A stretch of 63,426 bases of DNA, filler included, from Dugesia japonica (GCA_001938525.1; 6 parts of 6 records of this genome joined end to end with filler, not necessarily neighbours in it); one strand, 5' to 3'. Shown: positions 1-13,619, counted from the whole stretch's first letter. Notes: generated by a model from the sequence alone, not told the origin. Made by a program: numbers and translations.

Positions 1-957
1 CATATTGGCAATATGGATGAAGTACCTGTTACTTTTGACATGCCTTCAAAGTTTACAATTGATCAGGTAGGGTCATCTGACATTCGCATCACAACAACTG
101 GAGCTTAAAAAAATGGGTTCACTGTCGCTCTTTGTGTAACTGCAAATGGTGGCAAATTACCAACTTAAAAACAATTCCATCGGGTTTCTTTCCCTCAAAT
201 GTAATCGTATCAGCTAATGAAAAATCTCAAATGACTTCAACGGAAACTCTGCTGTGGCATGAAAAAGTTTGGATGAAAAGAAAAATGGCGTTTTTCAATA
301 GAAAATCTGTTATCATGATCGATTCTGCTCCTAGTCATCGCACTGATGAAGTCAAATCTAAATTTACTACAGCTGGGACACTGATTGGTATGATTCCAGG
401 TGGTTTAACAAAGAAATTACAAGTTCTAGATATAAGTGTAAATNNNNNNNNNNNNNNNNNNNNNNNNNNNNNNNNNNNNNNNNNNNNNNNNNNNNNNNNT
501 CAAGAATACACAAAATCTGGAAATATGAAGCGAGCTTCCTACGAAGAGATTTGTCATTGGATATCTGAGGCATGAAAGGCAGTACCAGGTTCTGCAATAA
601 AAAATGGTTTCAGATCGACAACCACTGATTTTTATACAGAAGACTTGGATGATATTAATGAGCCAATGGTTGAGGAATTGTTGGAAAATAAAGATGAAGA
701 AAAAGACAATAATGATATTCATGATCAGCTTATTGATATATTTCTTGATGAAGAAAATTTTGCTAGTGAAGAGGAAGTAGAATTTTTTGAAAAAAATTTT
801 TAATACTTTTTAAATTTTCTGATTATAAATATTTTACCGTTTTTTTCTAAGGTTCCACTTGATACTAAGGTACCATTCTTTACTAAGGTACTTTTGGGCT
901 CAAAAGAAAAACTTTTAAGTTTACTAAGGTCGTACCTTATAACCAAAAAACAGGGTA
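1..957 (+). mobile_element. pogo/Tigger DNA transposon, 3' part (degenerate DDE transposase, acidic tail, right end)
   Basis: Frame 1 reads HIGNMDEVPVTFDMP...TTTGA*KNGFTVALCVTANGGKLP. ORF 132-575 has IDSAPSH and IPGGLTKKLQVLDISVN (pogo DDE motifs). Stops and frameshifts present. Probable end ...CCTTATAACCAAAAAACAGGGTA at ~957. Confidence 0.85.
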
Positions 958-1559
958 CTATTGAGGAAAAATTCTTATATAAAACATTTAACTACTTAAA
1001 AATTAACTACTAATAATCAACTACCTAAAATCAATTGTAAAAATACTACTAGTGAAAGTTTTTATAAAAAATTTAATTCTAAAATCTTCTATAAGAAAAT
1101 TAACTACTAAAAATTATAGAATAGAGAATTTATTACTTAAAATCAACTACTTGAAAATTAACTAATAAACCGATTGAAAATTACTATCTTAAAATTCTAA
1201 AATAAACTACTAAAATCTTATTTAGAAAATTAAATACCACTGGAAGAATAAACTGTAAAATTTAACTTAAAATTTACCTGTTAAAAATATAGAGTTAAAA
1301 ATTATAAAATTCTTATATAATGCTTTATTAAAATTTCCTATTTATTAATATTTTGTATTTGTAATTATTTTTATTATTATTTTGTATTTTTATTATTATT
1401 ATTATTATTATTGTTATTATTATTATTGTATTTAAAAGTATTTTATATTTTGTGTTTGTTATGTATTTCTAATTGTTTTATAATTTATAATTATTATTTC
1501 TTATTTATAAAAATTTTTATAAGATTTTAAATATTTATGTTTATTATAAATTAAAATGA

Positions 1560-1871
1560 AATATTAAAACTAGGGAAAATTCCATATATAAATGGAAATA
1601 ATTTTAAAATAAATTTAAAATAAAAAATTTGCGCAAAATTTGAAATTTGAAAAAATCCAAAAATTTCGAACTAGGCACACAAAAAGTACGAGCAAAAGTT
1701 ATGTAATAGCACATAAGTTTTGTTCGTCGCCTATTTACATTGGGAATTTTTCAAATCACTTACGTAATCACACACAACTATATGCCACTGCCTATTTACA
1801 TTGGAAAATAGCAGATCACTTTTTACACACAAGGGGGGAGGGGTGATCTGGCGCGCTCATATCCTACTACT
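1560..1871 (+). repeat. Polinton-like terminal repeat fragment ending ...CCTACTACT
   Basis: Shares blocks (CGAGCAAAAGTT, CCTATTTACATTGGAAAA) with ~37110 (inverted), 54755-54775 (inverted) and 58140-58290. The terminus is the reverse complement of AGTAGTAG, the usual Polinton end. Confidence 0.55.
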
Positions 1872-1939
1872 TATGCAAAAGTTTATTTTGATAAATACAG
1901 ATCAATGGTTAACAAACAAAATCAATTAATAATTATTTG

Positions 1940-2600
1940 TAACGATACGAGCTCGATAACTAAAATTTAATGTTGAGTTTCTTCGTATATTATTTCATAA
2001 CGCTCGAATCAAAAGCCTTCCCACAACCTAATCTCATCTCTCTTGACTATCCAAATATATTTATCCAATATTCAAAAAATAGCTTTAAGTATTGTTTCAT
2101 CGTATTGCCTAGACAATTATATAAGAACCAAATATTTACTGAACTAATACATTATTTTAAGAATGTATTTTTTCAGCTTACTTGTTTTACCGAATTGGCG
2201 CACATATATCTGTGAAAACAACTTCAAATAGTTTCACAGTTTCTAATTTCTTAATCTACTCCTTAGTCGCTGTCATCACTTCTTTGATTTTTTGACAAAT
2301 TTCAAAAATATGAACAATCTCTTGTAAATTCTTCGCAATTTATTTATCTCTCATATATGCATATTAACTTTTTAAACTCCTGCGTAACATAATATTTCAT
2401 GTATTTCTTCTATTGTTTATCGTATTTTGTAATTTGGAAATCTTGTTTACTTGATTGAATCCTTTTCTTCATAAATTTTTGATTGCCTCTCTTTTTCATT
2501 TTTGTTTTTTGTTTATTCTCTTGTCTTAATCTTTCTATTTTTGGCGTTTTCACTTGACATTTGTCAATGTACACATACTTTACATCTTGGTCTAGATCTG
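1940..2600 (-). mobile_element. Ty3/Gypsy integrase remnant
   Basis: Minus-strand fragments (SKYLVLI, CGKAFDSSVMK, KKLNIKF) parallel the integrase fragment at 7700-7900 (QYSKYLVLI, DRGKAFE, LKLDIKL). Heavily stopped. Confidence 0.6.
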
Positions 2601-2921
2601 TGATTGCCAAACTGGGAGCTCGTGGATAAAAGATATTTTTAGAGAATGTAACAGTTTTTTAAAACAGCTAAACTACAATTTGTATTATAACAAATCTATT
2701 TTTTGAAATATCAAATTCTTAAAAATTTTAAAATTTTTTAAAATTTTTAGAATTTTAAGAACTATCTATTAAAAAAAGATTTATTGTAATGTTTACTACA
2801 ATTTACCGAGAATATTTTCAATAAATTTTATGTCAAAATTAATAATCAATAAAGATTAGTCTTTATAAAATTAATTTAAAGTGTATTTGTATTTCAAAGT
2901 TTATCATTAGAATCTATTGAA

Positions 2922-2959
2922 TAGTTTCTGATGAAGGCATATCCGAAATATTGAACAAT
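2922..2959 (+). ncRNA. Putative minimal type I hammerhead ribozyme (Penelope-type)
   Basis: GTTT-CTGATGA-A-GGCATATCC-GAAA-TATT-GAAC: both core motifs, a short stem II, palindromic stem III (AATATT) and stem I GTTT/GAAC. Confidence 0.45.
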
Positions 2960-3157
2960 CTATGAAAAAAAGAACATCTCATTGAATCTTTATGAAAACA
3001 ATATTTTTAATAAAAAATGTTCTTTCGAAAAAACTTTAGTTAAAATTTATATCATCCACAGTTTGACGGATCAGTTAAATATATTTTAGCGACAAACGAA
3101 AAATCTTAGCATTTTTAACAAATAAAATTTTCACATCAATTTTAAATGTTAATAATA

Positions 3158-4417
3158 TAGGCTATATCGAAAAAGTGATAGTTTTAAAATATTTTAAATT
3201 AAATGTATTTGTTTAATTAATTCATAAGAAAAACAGAAATTTAAATCTGTATTATAAAAAAATAATCGCTGTAAATGGTTTTTTTTACATAGCAATCATC
3301 AGCATCAATCATTTTCTTCATTGTTTCAATAGATATATCCAATGCTTTACCCATATGAATATATGTGAACTTTGGTAGTTCACTAGTTGAAAATGTTCTT
3401 TTTTCATCAATATGTTTAAAATTTGTAAGAATTATTTTCAGGCTTTTAAAAATATAATTGTCACAAATATTTATATCTGGTGAATAGGGAGGAAAGCAAA
3501 GAAGTTATACGTTTTTTAGAGTTTAATAATTCAATAGTATCGTAAGCAATATGTGATCTTGCGTTGTAATGCATAAAATACATATTTTGTGGGAGAAAAG
3601 TTTGATATCCCTTTTGAAGAAAATTAATGAAATTTTGAAGAAATTGGATATATCTCTCAATAATGATCGTTTCTTTCCGTTGTGATATTTCAAAGTGATG
3701 GTACCCCCTGTGCAAAATAGCAATAATGGCCAAGTACTTATTTTCCATGGTTGATCTGACAGGAGTCTGAGAAGAACCATATCCACTAGCAACGGCTTCT
3801 TTGGTTAACCAAGTACCAATTTAGTTAGCTGCTTTAATTTTTCGGCAATAAAAAAACTTTTCGTCTACAGTTACAAGGTTTAGATTGAAATGGCTTTGTT
3901 ACCATCTGTAACAATACAAGGTACCCATTTTGTGTAATACAATATAACCTCTAGATCGTCTTGTTACACGTTGAACCATCAAACGGGTTATTTGCAAATA
4001 TTCGGATATTTCGTCAATAATCATATTACCATATTTTTCAATACACCTTTTAACATTATCGATGTTAAGTAAACGTTTCTCGCTTTTTCTTCTCCCACTT
4101 CTTTTTTTGGCGCTGAAATGTTTGTCTTTCTCCAGTACAAAAATAAGTCTTCTAATTTGAATAAATCTTATATATTCCTGCGGTCATGCTTTATGAAGGA
4201 TTTCATAAACCTCACAAGGCTTCATGTTTTTAAGTCTAAGAGTTTCAATTAATAAATACATTTTAGCTTTTGTACATTCCATAATAATCTGAAATTAATT
4301 TTCTAAAACATAGATTTAAAGTTACGCTTATCTATTCAATTAATTAAACACAATTTTAATTTGAAATATTTATGAATATTTAAAATTTAAAAATTATCAT
4401 TTCTTCGAAATAGCCTA
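3158..4417 (-). mobile_element. Full-length degenerate mariner (DD34D-like), ~1.26 kb
   Basis: TIRs TAGGCTATATCGAAAAAGTGATAG / TTATCATTTCTTCGAAATAGCCTA with TA flanks. Motifs VTVDE, HYNARSH and PYSPDINICD, frameshifted. Same family as 44782-45882. Confidence 0.9.
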
Positions 4418-4769
4418 TAATAGTTAGAAACAAACATATCGAAATGATTTCCATGATGTCAATATTTGGCCGCCGTAAAGAGAAAATATGAAGAAATATA
4501 TTGTAATTATATTGCAAATATTTATGTTTAATTTCAACCAAGGTAAATATCATTTATTATCGTTTTAAAATGAAATTTGGGCCTAAGCAAGATGTAGAAG
4601 TCAGTTTTGTAATATTTAAAGTTCACATTTGATATAAACGTTTATATTTAGTAATTATTTTAATACACAATTATACGTTTAAATTTTCTAGTCTGAAATA
4701 TTTTATTTTAAAAGTTTTTCTCAAAGAATAACAATAAAAAACCAAACTTTATTATTTCAACATGCAGGT

Positions 4770-5201
4770 GAAAGTCAAATATTTTGTCACATAAGTTANC
4801 GGAAAAACCATTTGTTTATTGTCTAATACTACTATAACTAAAATGTTTATTGTTGAACGACATTATAAAACAAATCATTCTGTCATCATGGGTAAAGATT
4901 ATCTTCTTAATATGTCTAGAAGAGAAAAAAATTGACACATTTTAAGAATCAAATTCTTAATCTAGAGTTTCGTTTGCAAAATTCTTACATAAAAATAAAG
5001 CAGTTACCATTACATCCTATTGTGTATCACAAATAGTAGCAAAAATTATAAAAACGGAGATATTATTTGAGAAGCTAATTTTAGAGGCGGCAATTATTTT
5101 TTTGAAAATAAAAAAAATAAATCCGATATAGTAAATGAAATTATATCTAAGCCGTTATCTTCTAAAACGGTTATGAAAAGAGTTGAGAATATGTCAAATA
5201 A
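4770..5201 (+). mobile_element. hAT (SPIN/Charlie, GTF2IRD2-like) transposase N-terminal remnant
   Basis: Reads GKTICLL...ERHYKTNH (BED-like), SYCVSQIVAK and KPLSSKTVMKRVENMS. Confidence 0.65.
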
Positions 5202-5295
5202 NNNNNNNNNNNNNNNNNNNNNNNNNNNNNNNNNNNNNNNNNNNNNNNNNNNNNNNNNNNNNNNNNNNNNNNNNNNNNNNNNNNNNNNNNNNNNN

Positions 5296-5690
5296 CTGCT
5301 TTAATTGTTCCAATCTTTTCTGTTCTTTTATCATCTTACATTACGCTTCCTTAAGAATAATAAATCCATACAGTTGTTGATGAATAGTTACTTCAAAATA
5401 TTCTACAGGCTGAGCTCTGTTTTTTTAGGTACTGTCATCTAAAATCATTTTCAACTACTTCTACATGTCCATCGTTTCTACCTGCTTCTTCATATTCAAT
5501 CAGATATATTCAATTCTAATGGTTTCAAATTGNTGTAATTGTCTGCTTTATGTCCACGATTTTTACATCTCCTCAACTTCATTTATTGAAACAATTTTAC
5601 TATGTGTTCCCCTTTTTCACAATTGAAACATTTTATTGGATTTTCTCTGGGCAAACTTGAATTTTTATGACCTTTCTCAAACTACTTTTA
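5296..5690 (-). mobile_element. LTR retrotransposon gag remnant
   Basis: Minus strand CFNCEKGEH zinc-knuckle start plus a second degenerate knuckle (CKNRGHKA). Confidence 0.5.
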
Positions 5691-5859
5691 TAAATCTTTT
5701 CAAAATGTTTTAAAAAGATTTAGTGCTGTTAACAAATAAATTAATTTAATAGTTAACTTTTATAAAATTAAGGATTAATTAATATTTAATTTTGATTAAA
5801 TCAAAAACCGTTTTTTGTGACTGATATTGACAGATTTTCAGTTTTATTTTAATAATAAT

Positions 5860-6200
5860 ACAAACCTTTTCCAGTTCAAACGTTCTCAGATAACCAAATA
5901 CGCAATCACACCATCATATTGACGGCATTTGGTTCGAGTGATGAGCGTGTCTTATTAAGAATGCAACCAGTTTGGTATGCACAGATAAATCTTGACCAAT
6001 AATGCCAATTTTGGATATCGATAATCATTAATTAATTCATTCATTAATGTTATAGTGGATTAATTGATTCAGCAACTTATTTTCGTTTGTACTTCGTTGT
6101 AAATCGTCAGAGTCAGATTCCATCAATTTAAGGCACAAGTTTCTGATAATTTATCGGGTATTTGTTTTGAAGATGATAAATAAGCGATGTTTTAGATAAA
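5860..6200 (-). mobile_element. Internally deleted hAT (Ac-like) transposase remnant
   Basis: Minus strand TSLIYHLQNKYP (BED end) lies close to YPKLALLVKIYLCIP...GCILNKTRSSLEPNAVNMMV*LRIW (hAT dimerisation domain). Confidence 0.65.
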
Positions 6201-6657
6201 AGATAAGCAATATTTTAATATTCCATTATATACGTCATTATATAATATATTTCCTGAAATTTGATAAAAATAACAAAATTAGCAAAATGTAGACTATTAA
6301 TACAAATTTATTTATTTATTTTTTCCAAAGATTTCTTTATCATTGAATAATGAAAAAGTAATTTAGTTTCCTGAATATTCTGCGATTTCTTATTCTATTC
6401 TTGATTTAGTATTTCTTTTCAGAGGAATTCCAATTTTCTGTTCTAAATTAATATAGTCTTGTTGCTGAAGTATTACTGCACATTATTTTCTTCTAAAATT
6501 TTACGTATGGGTTTAATTTTATCTTGATTTCTTCAAATGTATAAGTAAATTCTGTAATGCAGCACCAAGCCAAGCCCCCCACGAGATGAGAAAGTTTCTT
6601 TTTTGTAAAAGTAGCTCAAAATCGTATTTGGATTTTGTATTTATATTTAAATATTTA

Positions 6658-6795
6658 GTTCATTTAATATAAAAGCTTTGATCAAAATTTAGGTTTTATT
6701 TATTGATATTCTGATCAAAGCTTTTGTATTAAATGAATTCTATAAAACGATCAATGGTTATGTCTAACAATTATTTTCGCAAAAATTGCAATGGT
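6658..6795 (-). repeat. Double-hairpin dispersed repeat, copy A
   Basis: Arms 6658-6690 and 6706-6738 are inverted. The flank ATAAAACGATCAATGGTTATGTC is the reverse complement of ~50225-50248. Confidence 0.75.
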
Positions 6796-7039
6796 AAAAC
6801 AAAAATATTTAGTTATTTATATATTTATTTTTGAAAGTATAAACGGATATCCGGATGCAAAATCATATAAATTGAAACAAGTTTATAACATTTATTCGTA
6901 TGTTAAGTGGACAGTATATTTGAATAATATCAAATCGTTTTTACGCATATAGATGTTATTCCAATCACATGAACATCTCTCTCATTATATGTATTATATA
7001 TATTATCGTCATAATTGATTTAGCATCTTTATAATTGAA

Positions 7040-7374
7040 ATGAAAATTAAATTTCAAATATTTGGAATTTTGTGTATAATATTATTCACCAGAGGTGATT
7101 ATTATGATGTCATTAATGGAATTATAAACAAAACTGAAATGGCAAATGTTTCCTCATCAAATAACTCAGTCATAATATTTAAATATCAACCGTTTGCAAA
7201 TAAAGTAATTTTCTATATTATCCAGACAATTTGAAATAGAAAATTTCAATCTTTATAGGATAAAGCTTTGAGAGTTAATATTGAATCTGAACTTTTCTTT
7301 AGAGAAACAATATTAATTCTAATTAAAGAAAATCAGAAATTTATCACAAAGATGGAATTATTTCAACATACAAA
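7040..7374 (+). CDS. Exons 1-2 of a signal-peptide protein resembling the SID-1/SIDT N-terminal ectodomain (3' part not found)
   Basis: Exon 1 7040-7204, 54-nt GT-AG intron 7205-7258, exon 2 7259-7374 with donor GTATGA. Spliced: MKIKFQIFGILCIILFTRG-DYYDVINGIINKTEMANVSSSNNSVIIFKYQPFANK|DKALRVNIESELFFRETILILIKENQKFITKMELFQHT. Signal peptide and N-glycosylation sequons NKT, NVS, NNS. Family call is by eye only. Confidence 0.6.
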
Positions 7375-7619
7375 GTATGAATTTATATTTTAAGTAAAAA
7401 TAATTATTACAGTTAAAATATTAAATTATTAATAAAGTTGTTGATTTTCAAATTGTTTTCATTTGTTTCAATTAATTTTGAAATTAAAACTAATAATAAT
7501 AAAACTAAATATTTATCATAAAAATGTTAAAATTAAATATAAAATAAACATAAAATTAATTATTTATTCTTAATTATTTAATAATAATAATACAATTAAT
7601 AATAATTTTTTTTATTTCC

Positions 7620-9700
7620 GGTAAAAGATCTATCCAATTTGTTGTTTTTCTTTCCTGAAGTGTTGCATTAATCAAATCTTGAATTGTCTTGAACTGTCTT
7701 TCAATTTGTCCGTTTGTATTATGATGATAGGGACTCGGAAAGCAAAGTTTAATATCTAGCTTCAGTGCAAACTATCTCATAACTCTGAATTCAAAAGCTT
7801 TTCCACGATCTAGTCTTATCTCTCTTTTCGTATTGTTTCCTCGTCTTGTTGGGTAATGATATAAGAACTAGATATTTACTGTACTGGTCGATTATTCCAT
7901 AAATGTATTTTTTTCGCTCACTTGTTTCCCACATTGGCCCACATATTTCTGTTGAATTTGACTTCTTTAGTTAATTTTGGCCTCTTCATGCGACATTTGA
8001 AATTGTACAAATACCTCACATCTTGGTCTAGATAACATATCTGCATTACCATGTTGAATTCCTTTCCTATATTCCAAAACCACGCCTAGGCTACTCAGAT
8101 AATTAATCCATGTCTGAAATTGTGACGTAATTGGGTTCTTTGTCGTCATCATGAAAATTAGAGCTTTATTATCTGTTTTCAAAGTAAATCTTCTACCATA
8201 CAAATAATGTTTGAAGTGCATGCAAAAATAATAGACAGTCAATNATCCTTTCGTGTGATGCAATATCCCTTTTCATGACTCATCATTGAGTGTGATCCAT
8301 ANGCAACAACTNTTTCTCTTCCTTCATTATCTCTTTGTGACAATACTGCTTCAATTGTATTAAAACTGGCATCTGTATCTAATATAAATTCTCTGTTTAT
8401 GTCCGGAAAACACAATATTGGTGCAGTCATTAGAGATTTCTTTAGACCCTTAAAAGTATCGTTGATTTCATCTGTCCATTCTAATTTCTTGTTGTTTGGT
8501 CTGCTACACAACTTCTCTAAGATCCTTGATTTTCTTGCGTAGTTTTCTATAAACTTTATGTAATAATTACATATTCCTAAGAAACTTTGTAACTTCACAC
8601 AGTTAGGTTTGCCAAATGTTCTTGTTGCTTCTTTTTTAGACGGATCAGTTGTAACACCATCCCTGCTAATTATGTGTCCAAGAAATCTGATTTCGGTTTG
8701 AAGAAACTGACACTTTTCTGGATTAATTCTTAGACCACCTTTCATTATTTCCGCCAATACTTTTTCAATTACTTTATGGTGTTTATCTTTATTGTTCGTA
8801 AATATCAGTATGTCATCAAGATAAACCATAGCTCCATTGATTCCGGCTACCTCTTTTGTCATAATCTCCTGTATTGTCNCTGGTGCATCTGCGATGCCAA
8901 ATGGCATTCTTTTAAAACAATATTGTCCATGCTTTGTTGAAAATGCCGTTTTTTCTTGAGATTCTTCTTTGAGCTCTACCTGATAGTACGCATTTTCAAA
9001 GTCTATTGAACTGAAATATTTAGCTCCATCTAACTTGTCCAGCATTTCATCGACATTAAGTATCAGAAAGACTTTTCTTTTCGTTACAGCATTCAATTGT
9101 CTGAAATCCAAACATATTCTTATGTCCTTCTTTTTCTTTTGCAAACACAAATCAATGTGGTATTCCATGGAGAGTTGCATTTCCGGATAATATTATTCTC
9201 GAAAAGGTTTTGGATAGCTTCTTCAATTTTAGATTCTAAGTTCATTGGTTGTCTATACGGTTTTACATTGATTTGTTCACCTCTTGTGGTTATTTTGTGT
9301 CTTGTCAGATGTGTGCGTCCTACATTCCATTTATCTGCCATAAAAGCATCTTCTTTACTTCCAATTATTTTTAATAACCGTTGTTAGTCTTTAATGTTTA
9401 AAGTATTTAAGGCTTTTGTCAATAGCTCTTTCTTTTTTAATTTGTCTCCAAAATTTCGTTTTAATATTGCAAATGTAATTTTCGACTTTTTCATCCGTTT
9501 TGCTATCGATCTTTTGCATAAGCTGGTATCCAAAAATCTTCTGCATATCTATTCCTCCTATTAGCTTTGGTGTCACTCTTTCAGCAACTAAGAAGTAATC
9601 TCTTTGCAAACTTCATTACTTTTCACTCCAGTTCTATCTTTTCCAACAATTTCCCGTGTACTATTATTTGCTCAACTCAATCTCTCATCACTCATTTCTA
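7620..9700 (-). mobile_element. Ty3/Gypsy pol remnant (protease end, RT, RNase H, truncated integrase)
   Basis: ORF 8239-9180 has RICLDFRQLN, MPFG, YLDD and ILDTDAS. ORF 7967-8263 has TDNKAL and HGNADMLSR. Integrase SPYHHNTNGQIERQF lies downstream, giving the RT-RH-INT order. Confidence 0.92.
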
Positions 9701-10029
9701 AATGAACTCATAAATACATAATTTAAATATATTTTATTATTATTTTAATATATTAGTTTTGTTTTAAAAAAACTTTCGAAAGATTTTCAATTCAATTTGA
9801 TTAGAAAAGAATTTTTTAAGATTTTAAAATTTTAAAATATCAAGATTATAATTTAAATAGACCAATAAAATTTCGATAAAATATAAAGAATTTTGTAGGA
9901 ACTATTTTGTAGACCTATTGTTGTTTTTGAATCTATCAAAAAGTCATCATTCCAAAACAAGACAAATGTCACAAATTTGAATTTCTTTAAAAATACATTT
10001 TTTTATCGAAGCTTTTTCTTTATTTTATT

Positions 10030-12700
10030 GAAATCTAATATGTGAAATTTGATCTTTTTAAGGATTAATTGGTTTGAAATTCTTCAGGCCTTTTTAGCTG
10101 GCGTGCAAAATTTATGTGCAATTATGTAACTTATAATCGTGTTTTGAAAAGTTTAGCGAATTATTTTAAAATTTTAGGCTTTTTAGTTGGAAATTTTTTT
10201 TTATTATTTTATGTATTATTTTTTATGCTTTTTAATTAGCAAAATTTTATTCAAGCTTTTTGGTTGGTTGAAGTGAATTTGGTTGAAAATTGGATCGGTG
10301 AGGTTGAATAAAGTTAATTTTTGGCTGGTTTAGGTGAAATTGGTTAAATATTTCCTCGGTTTGGTTAAATTTGGCCAATTATTTCCTCTAGATTAATCAG
10401 TTTCCGTAATTTTTGGGCTCTTTGGTCAAATCCTTTTTTCAGGAATGGTCAATTTGGGTAATTCTTGGATGATTTGGTTAATTCTTGACTGGTTTAGTTG
10501 ATTTGGTTAAATATTTCCCCGGAATCGGTCAATTTGTGTAATTTTGTGACAATCGGAGTCAATTATTTACTTACAAGGGTCAGTTTTAAGCGATAAATTG
10601 GAGTGATAATTACCTCAAGTATGTTCAGTTTTGATTGAATTTTACGGAAAATACATGTGAAAAGTCGAATTTGATTAATTTTTCAAATTTTTAAAAGATA
10701 ATTAAAACTATTTTGTTGAAATCCGGCTCAACAATCCATGTTATTTAAATATAATGATAATTATAAAAATTTTTAAATGAATTTCGAAAATATTTTGAAA
10801 ACTTTTTTTTGAGAGGTTTTCATCAATCAATTCAGAATGACCTCAGGATCATTTCCAGTTAAAAATAATTTATTCAAAAATAATTTTGTTCTCAAATTTA
10901 ATTATTAACTAATCTATTCAATTGAAAATTTCCACTAATCATGACTGACCTAGTTAAAAATCAACAAATCTTGTTTGTGACTGATAAAATGGGATAAAAC
11001 CGAGAAATTTTGACAGTTTTTGAATATTTTTCTTTTCAAATCGTCACGAAACATACATTATTTGATAGAGAATTTTTCATGGATCAAGTAAAACCTCATC
11101 TAAAACATCATTTTCAAATTTGACTCAGAGAAATTGAAAAAACACAGTCAAAAATCCAGAGGAACCTTAACCGACACAAATAAAAATTTATTTGTTAAAA
11201 TTTTCATCCTAACTTAATGATCCAAGTACTATTAGATAGAGAATCTTTCGCTGATCAAGAATATATACGATAGAAATTTGTCAAATTTAATAACTTCGAA
11301 AAACGTTAAATGTCTTTAATTCTCAAGGATTAATTAAAAATATAAAGTATCTCAAATTTAATTATAAACCGATCTATTCAGTATAGAACTTTACACTGAT
11401 TCGAAATATTTTAACCTAAAATCACCAAACTTTATAGATAAAAGGTTATATTGAAATAACAAGTACTTAATTTGGGATTCCTCGAGGAATATAAAAATAG
11501 GATGATAGTTTATTCGGTAAGGTCAATTTTGGGTGTTATTTTAGATTAAATTTTACTCTTCACAAGTCTTCAGTTATCAAAGTTCTGTGCTCTGTCCATT
11601 AGATTTCAGTCATCAAAACTCTGCTAGCTGTGCACTAATTTTTAATTATCAATGATTTTCTCACTCTTTGCAGTTCTTCACTGGTGGTAAATGTACGGTT
11701 TAATTAGCATTTAATTATTTAACCTGTCCTATATATTTTGTAATTTTGAAATTTAATTTTTAATAAATTGTTCTATTTTTATCGTAAAAATTTAATTAAT
11801 TTTTAATTTGAATTTTTTATTAAACATTGATTCATTGAAATAATTTATAAGCATTTATTGAAAATAAGCCATATGATTGATTGAATAAATTAAGTATGAT
11901 GAATTTAATATTTTTCAATTAATTATCAGTAAAAGTATATACAACTTGAATTTAATTGAAAATACAATAATTTTAAACCAATTTTTAAATAAATAGTTAA
12001 AATTGTGCTTGGTAAAATTAGAATTATAATAGCAAATTTATTAAGTATTGAAAACTTTGAAATAATTTGTAACTGTTTATTGAAAATATGGCATGTTGAT
12101 TGAATAAATTAAGTAGGATTCAATAATATCAAGTTCTTCTCAGTTTATTAGTAGTCTACAAACTTTAATTAATAATTTTAATTCATACATTTTAAATTTC
12201 ATTAATTGGTGCATTTTTTGATTATGATGGTATTAATTTATAAATTTTTTAATTAAAGTGAAAACTTTGATTATAAATTTTTCATTATAATTTCTTAATG
12301 TGTGGAATTTTTTTAATTTATAATAGGAATGTTTGTTAAATATGGATAATTTTAAAATAATTTAATACAAATAATTTGAATAATATTGATTCAATAAATT
12401 AAGTATGATGGATTTAATAATTTCCAAATAATTATGAGAAAAGTATCTAAAACATTAATTTAAAGTGTAAAATACAAAAATTTTAGACATTTTAAATAAG
12501 AACTGAAATTTAAGCTTTTTCATAAAAAGATGCTTATTATTTGTACTTCTTGATAAAATTTAAGTTTTTACAATTTCAATTTAATTATAAAGAAAAACCT
12601 TTACAATTTGTGGTTTCACATTCAGTAAATACTAAAATAAATAAGGATAATTTTTTATTTGCATTTAGGATATTACAATAAATAAGAATAATTTTAAAAT
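10030..12700. repeat. Long dispersed repeat related to the Polinton terminal region, with degenerate TTGGT(C/T)AA subrepeats
   Basis: 11370-11490 matches 14560-14680 and the reverse complement of 40040-40160. 11680-11960 matches 14900-15190. The subrepeat block 10260-10660 resembles 51050-51560. Boundaries approximate. Confidence 0.6.
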
Positions 12701-13619
12701 TAAATTCATTGAATCAAATTAATTACTCAAATAGTTATTGATTTGATTATAATTTTACTTTCAATAAAATTTCTTTGAAAATTTATCTAATTAATTTAAA
12801 AAAATATTTAAATGAATAAATTAATTGATTTTTAAGGTTAATTATAAGTTTAATTGGATAAAGGTTTAATGTTTGAAAGAATTTATGTTCCAAGTAGGTG
12901 ATTAATAGGTGAATAAACACATTAGAAATCTAATTTCAAAGGAATTTTCTATATTAAGGTGAAAATATGTGAATATTTATCCGGGTATTGGTTGCAAAGT
13001 ATATATTCACTGTGAATTATAGGGTTAATTATTAGGTATAAGCGATGATTAAATTAAATTATTATTTAAGTAATCGATGTGTAAATGAATTCGAACAGTA
13101 TTTGAACAGTTTCAAACTGATACAAGTTTTATAAAAGTAAATAAAATCGCATTATTAATACTCAATACTTCCTGTTTAAATTTGAAATAAATATTAATGA
13201 ATCAGTGGGTTATAAATCTTGGTACTATTAGAACCATTATTGAAGAAAAGATTGTGGAAATAATAACCAGCTTTAGAAAAGATATAGTAAATTTTCAACG
13301 ATTTCAAAAAAGTCTAGTCAATTTTCAGTGATGATAAAGAAGTTTGACTTTTTTCAACAATAGTTTAAAAGTTCATATAAATTTCAGCTAAAATTATTGG
13401 AATTCCAGTAAATTAGATAATACTATCTTGCTCTTCCTCGGATTCATTTGAAATAGCTTCCTAACACTCTTTTCTTACTTATCATTTCTTCTAATTTAAA
13501 ACAAAGAAACTTAGTAAAGAATGAAGCGTAACCTAGTTTGTATAAGAAATAATTGAATTGGTATTACTTACTTGTCCAATTGTTGGTCTAAGTGATGCAA
13601 TTAAATCCTAGAGAAGTGT

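Noticed and set aside
960-1320. AAAATTAACTACT degenerate tandem block as a telomere-like or regulatory array
   Set aside because: Irregular low-complexity minisatellite with no supporting structure.
9855-10020. Possible exon 3 of the SIDT-like gene
   Set aside because: Phase-2 acceptors give either an early stop or no recognisable similarity.
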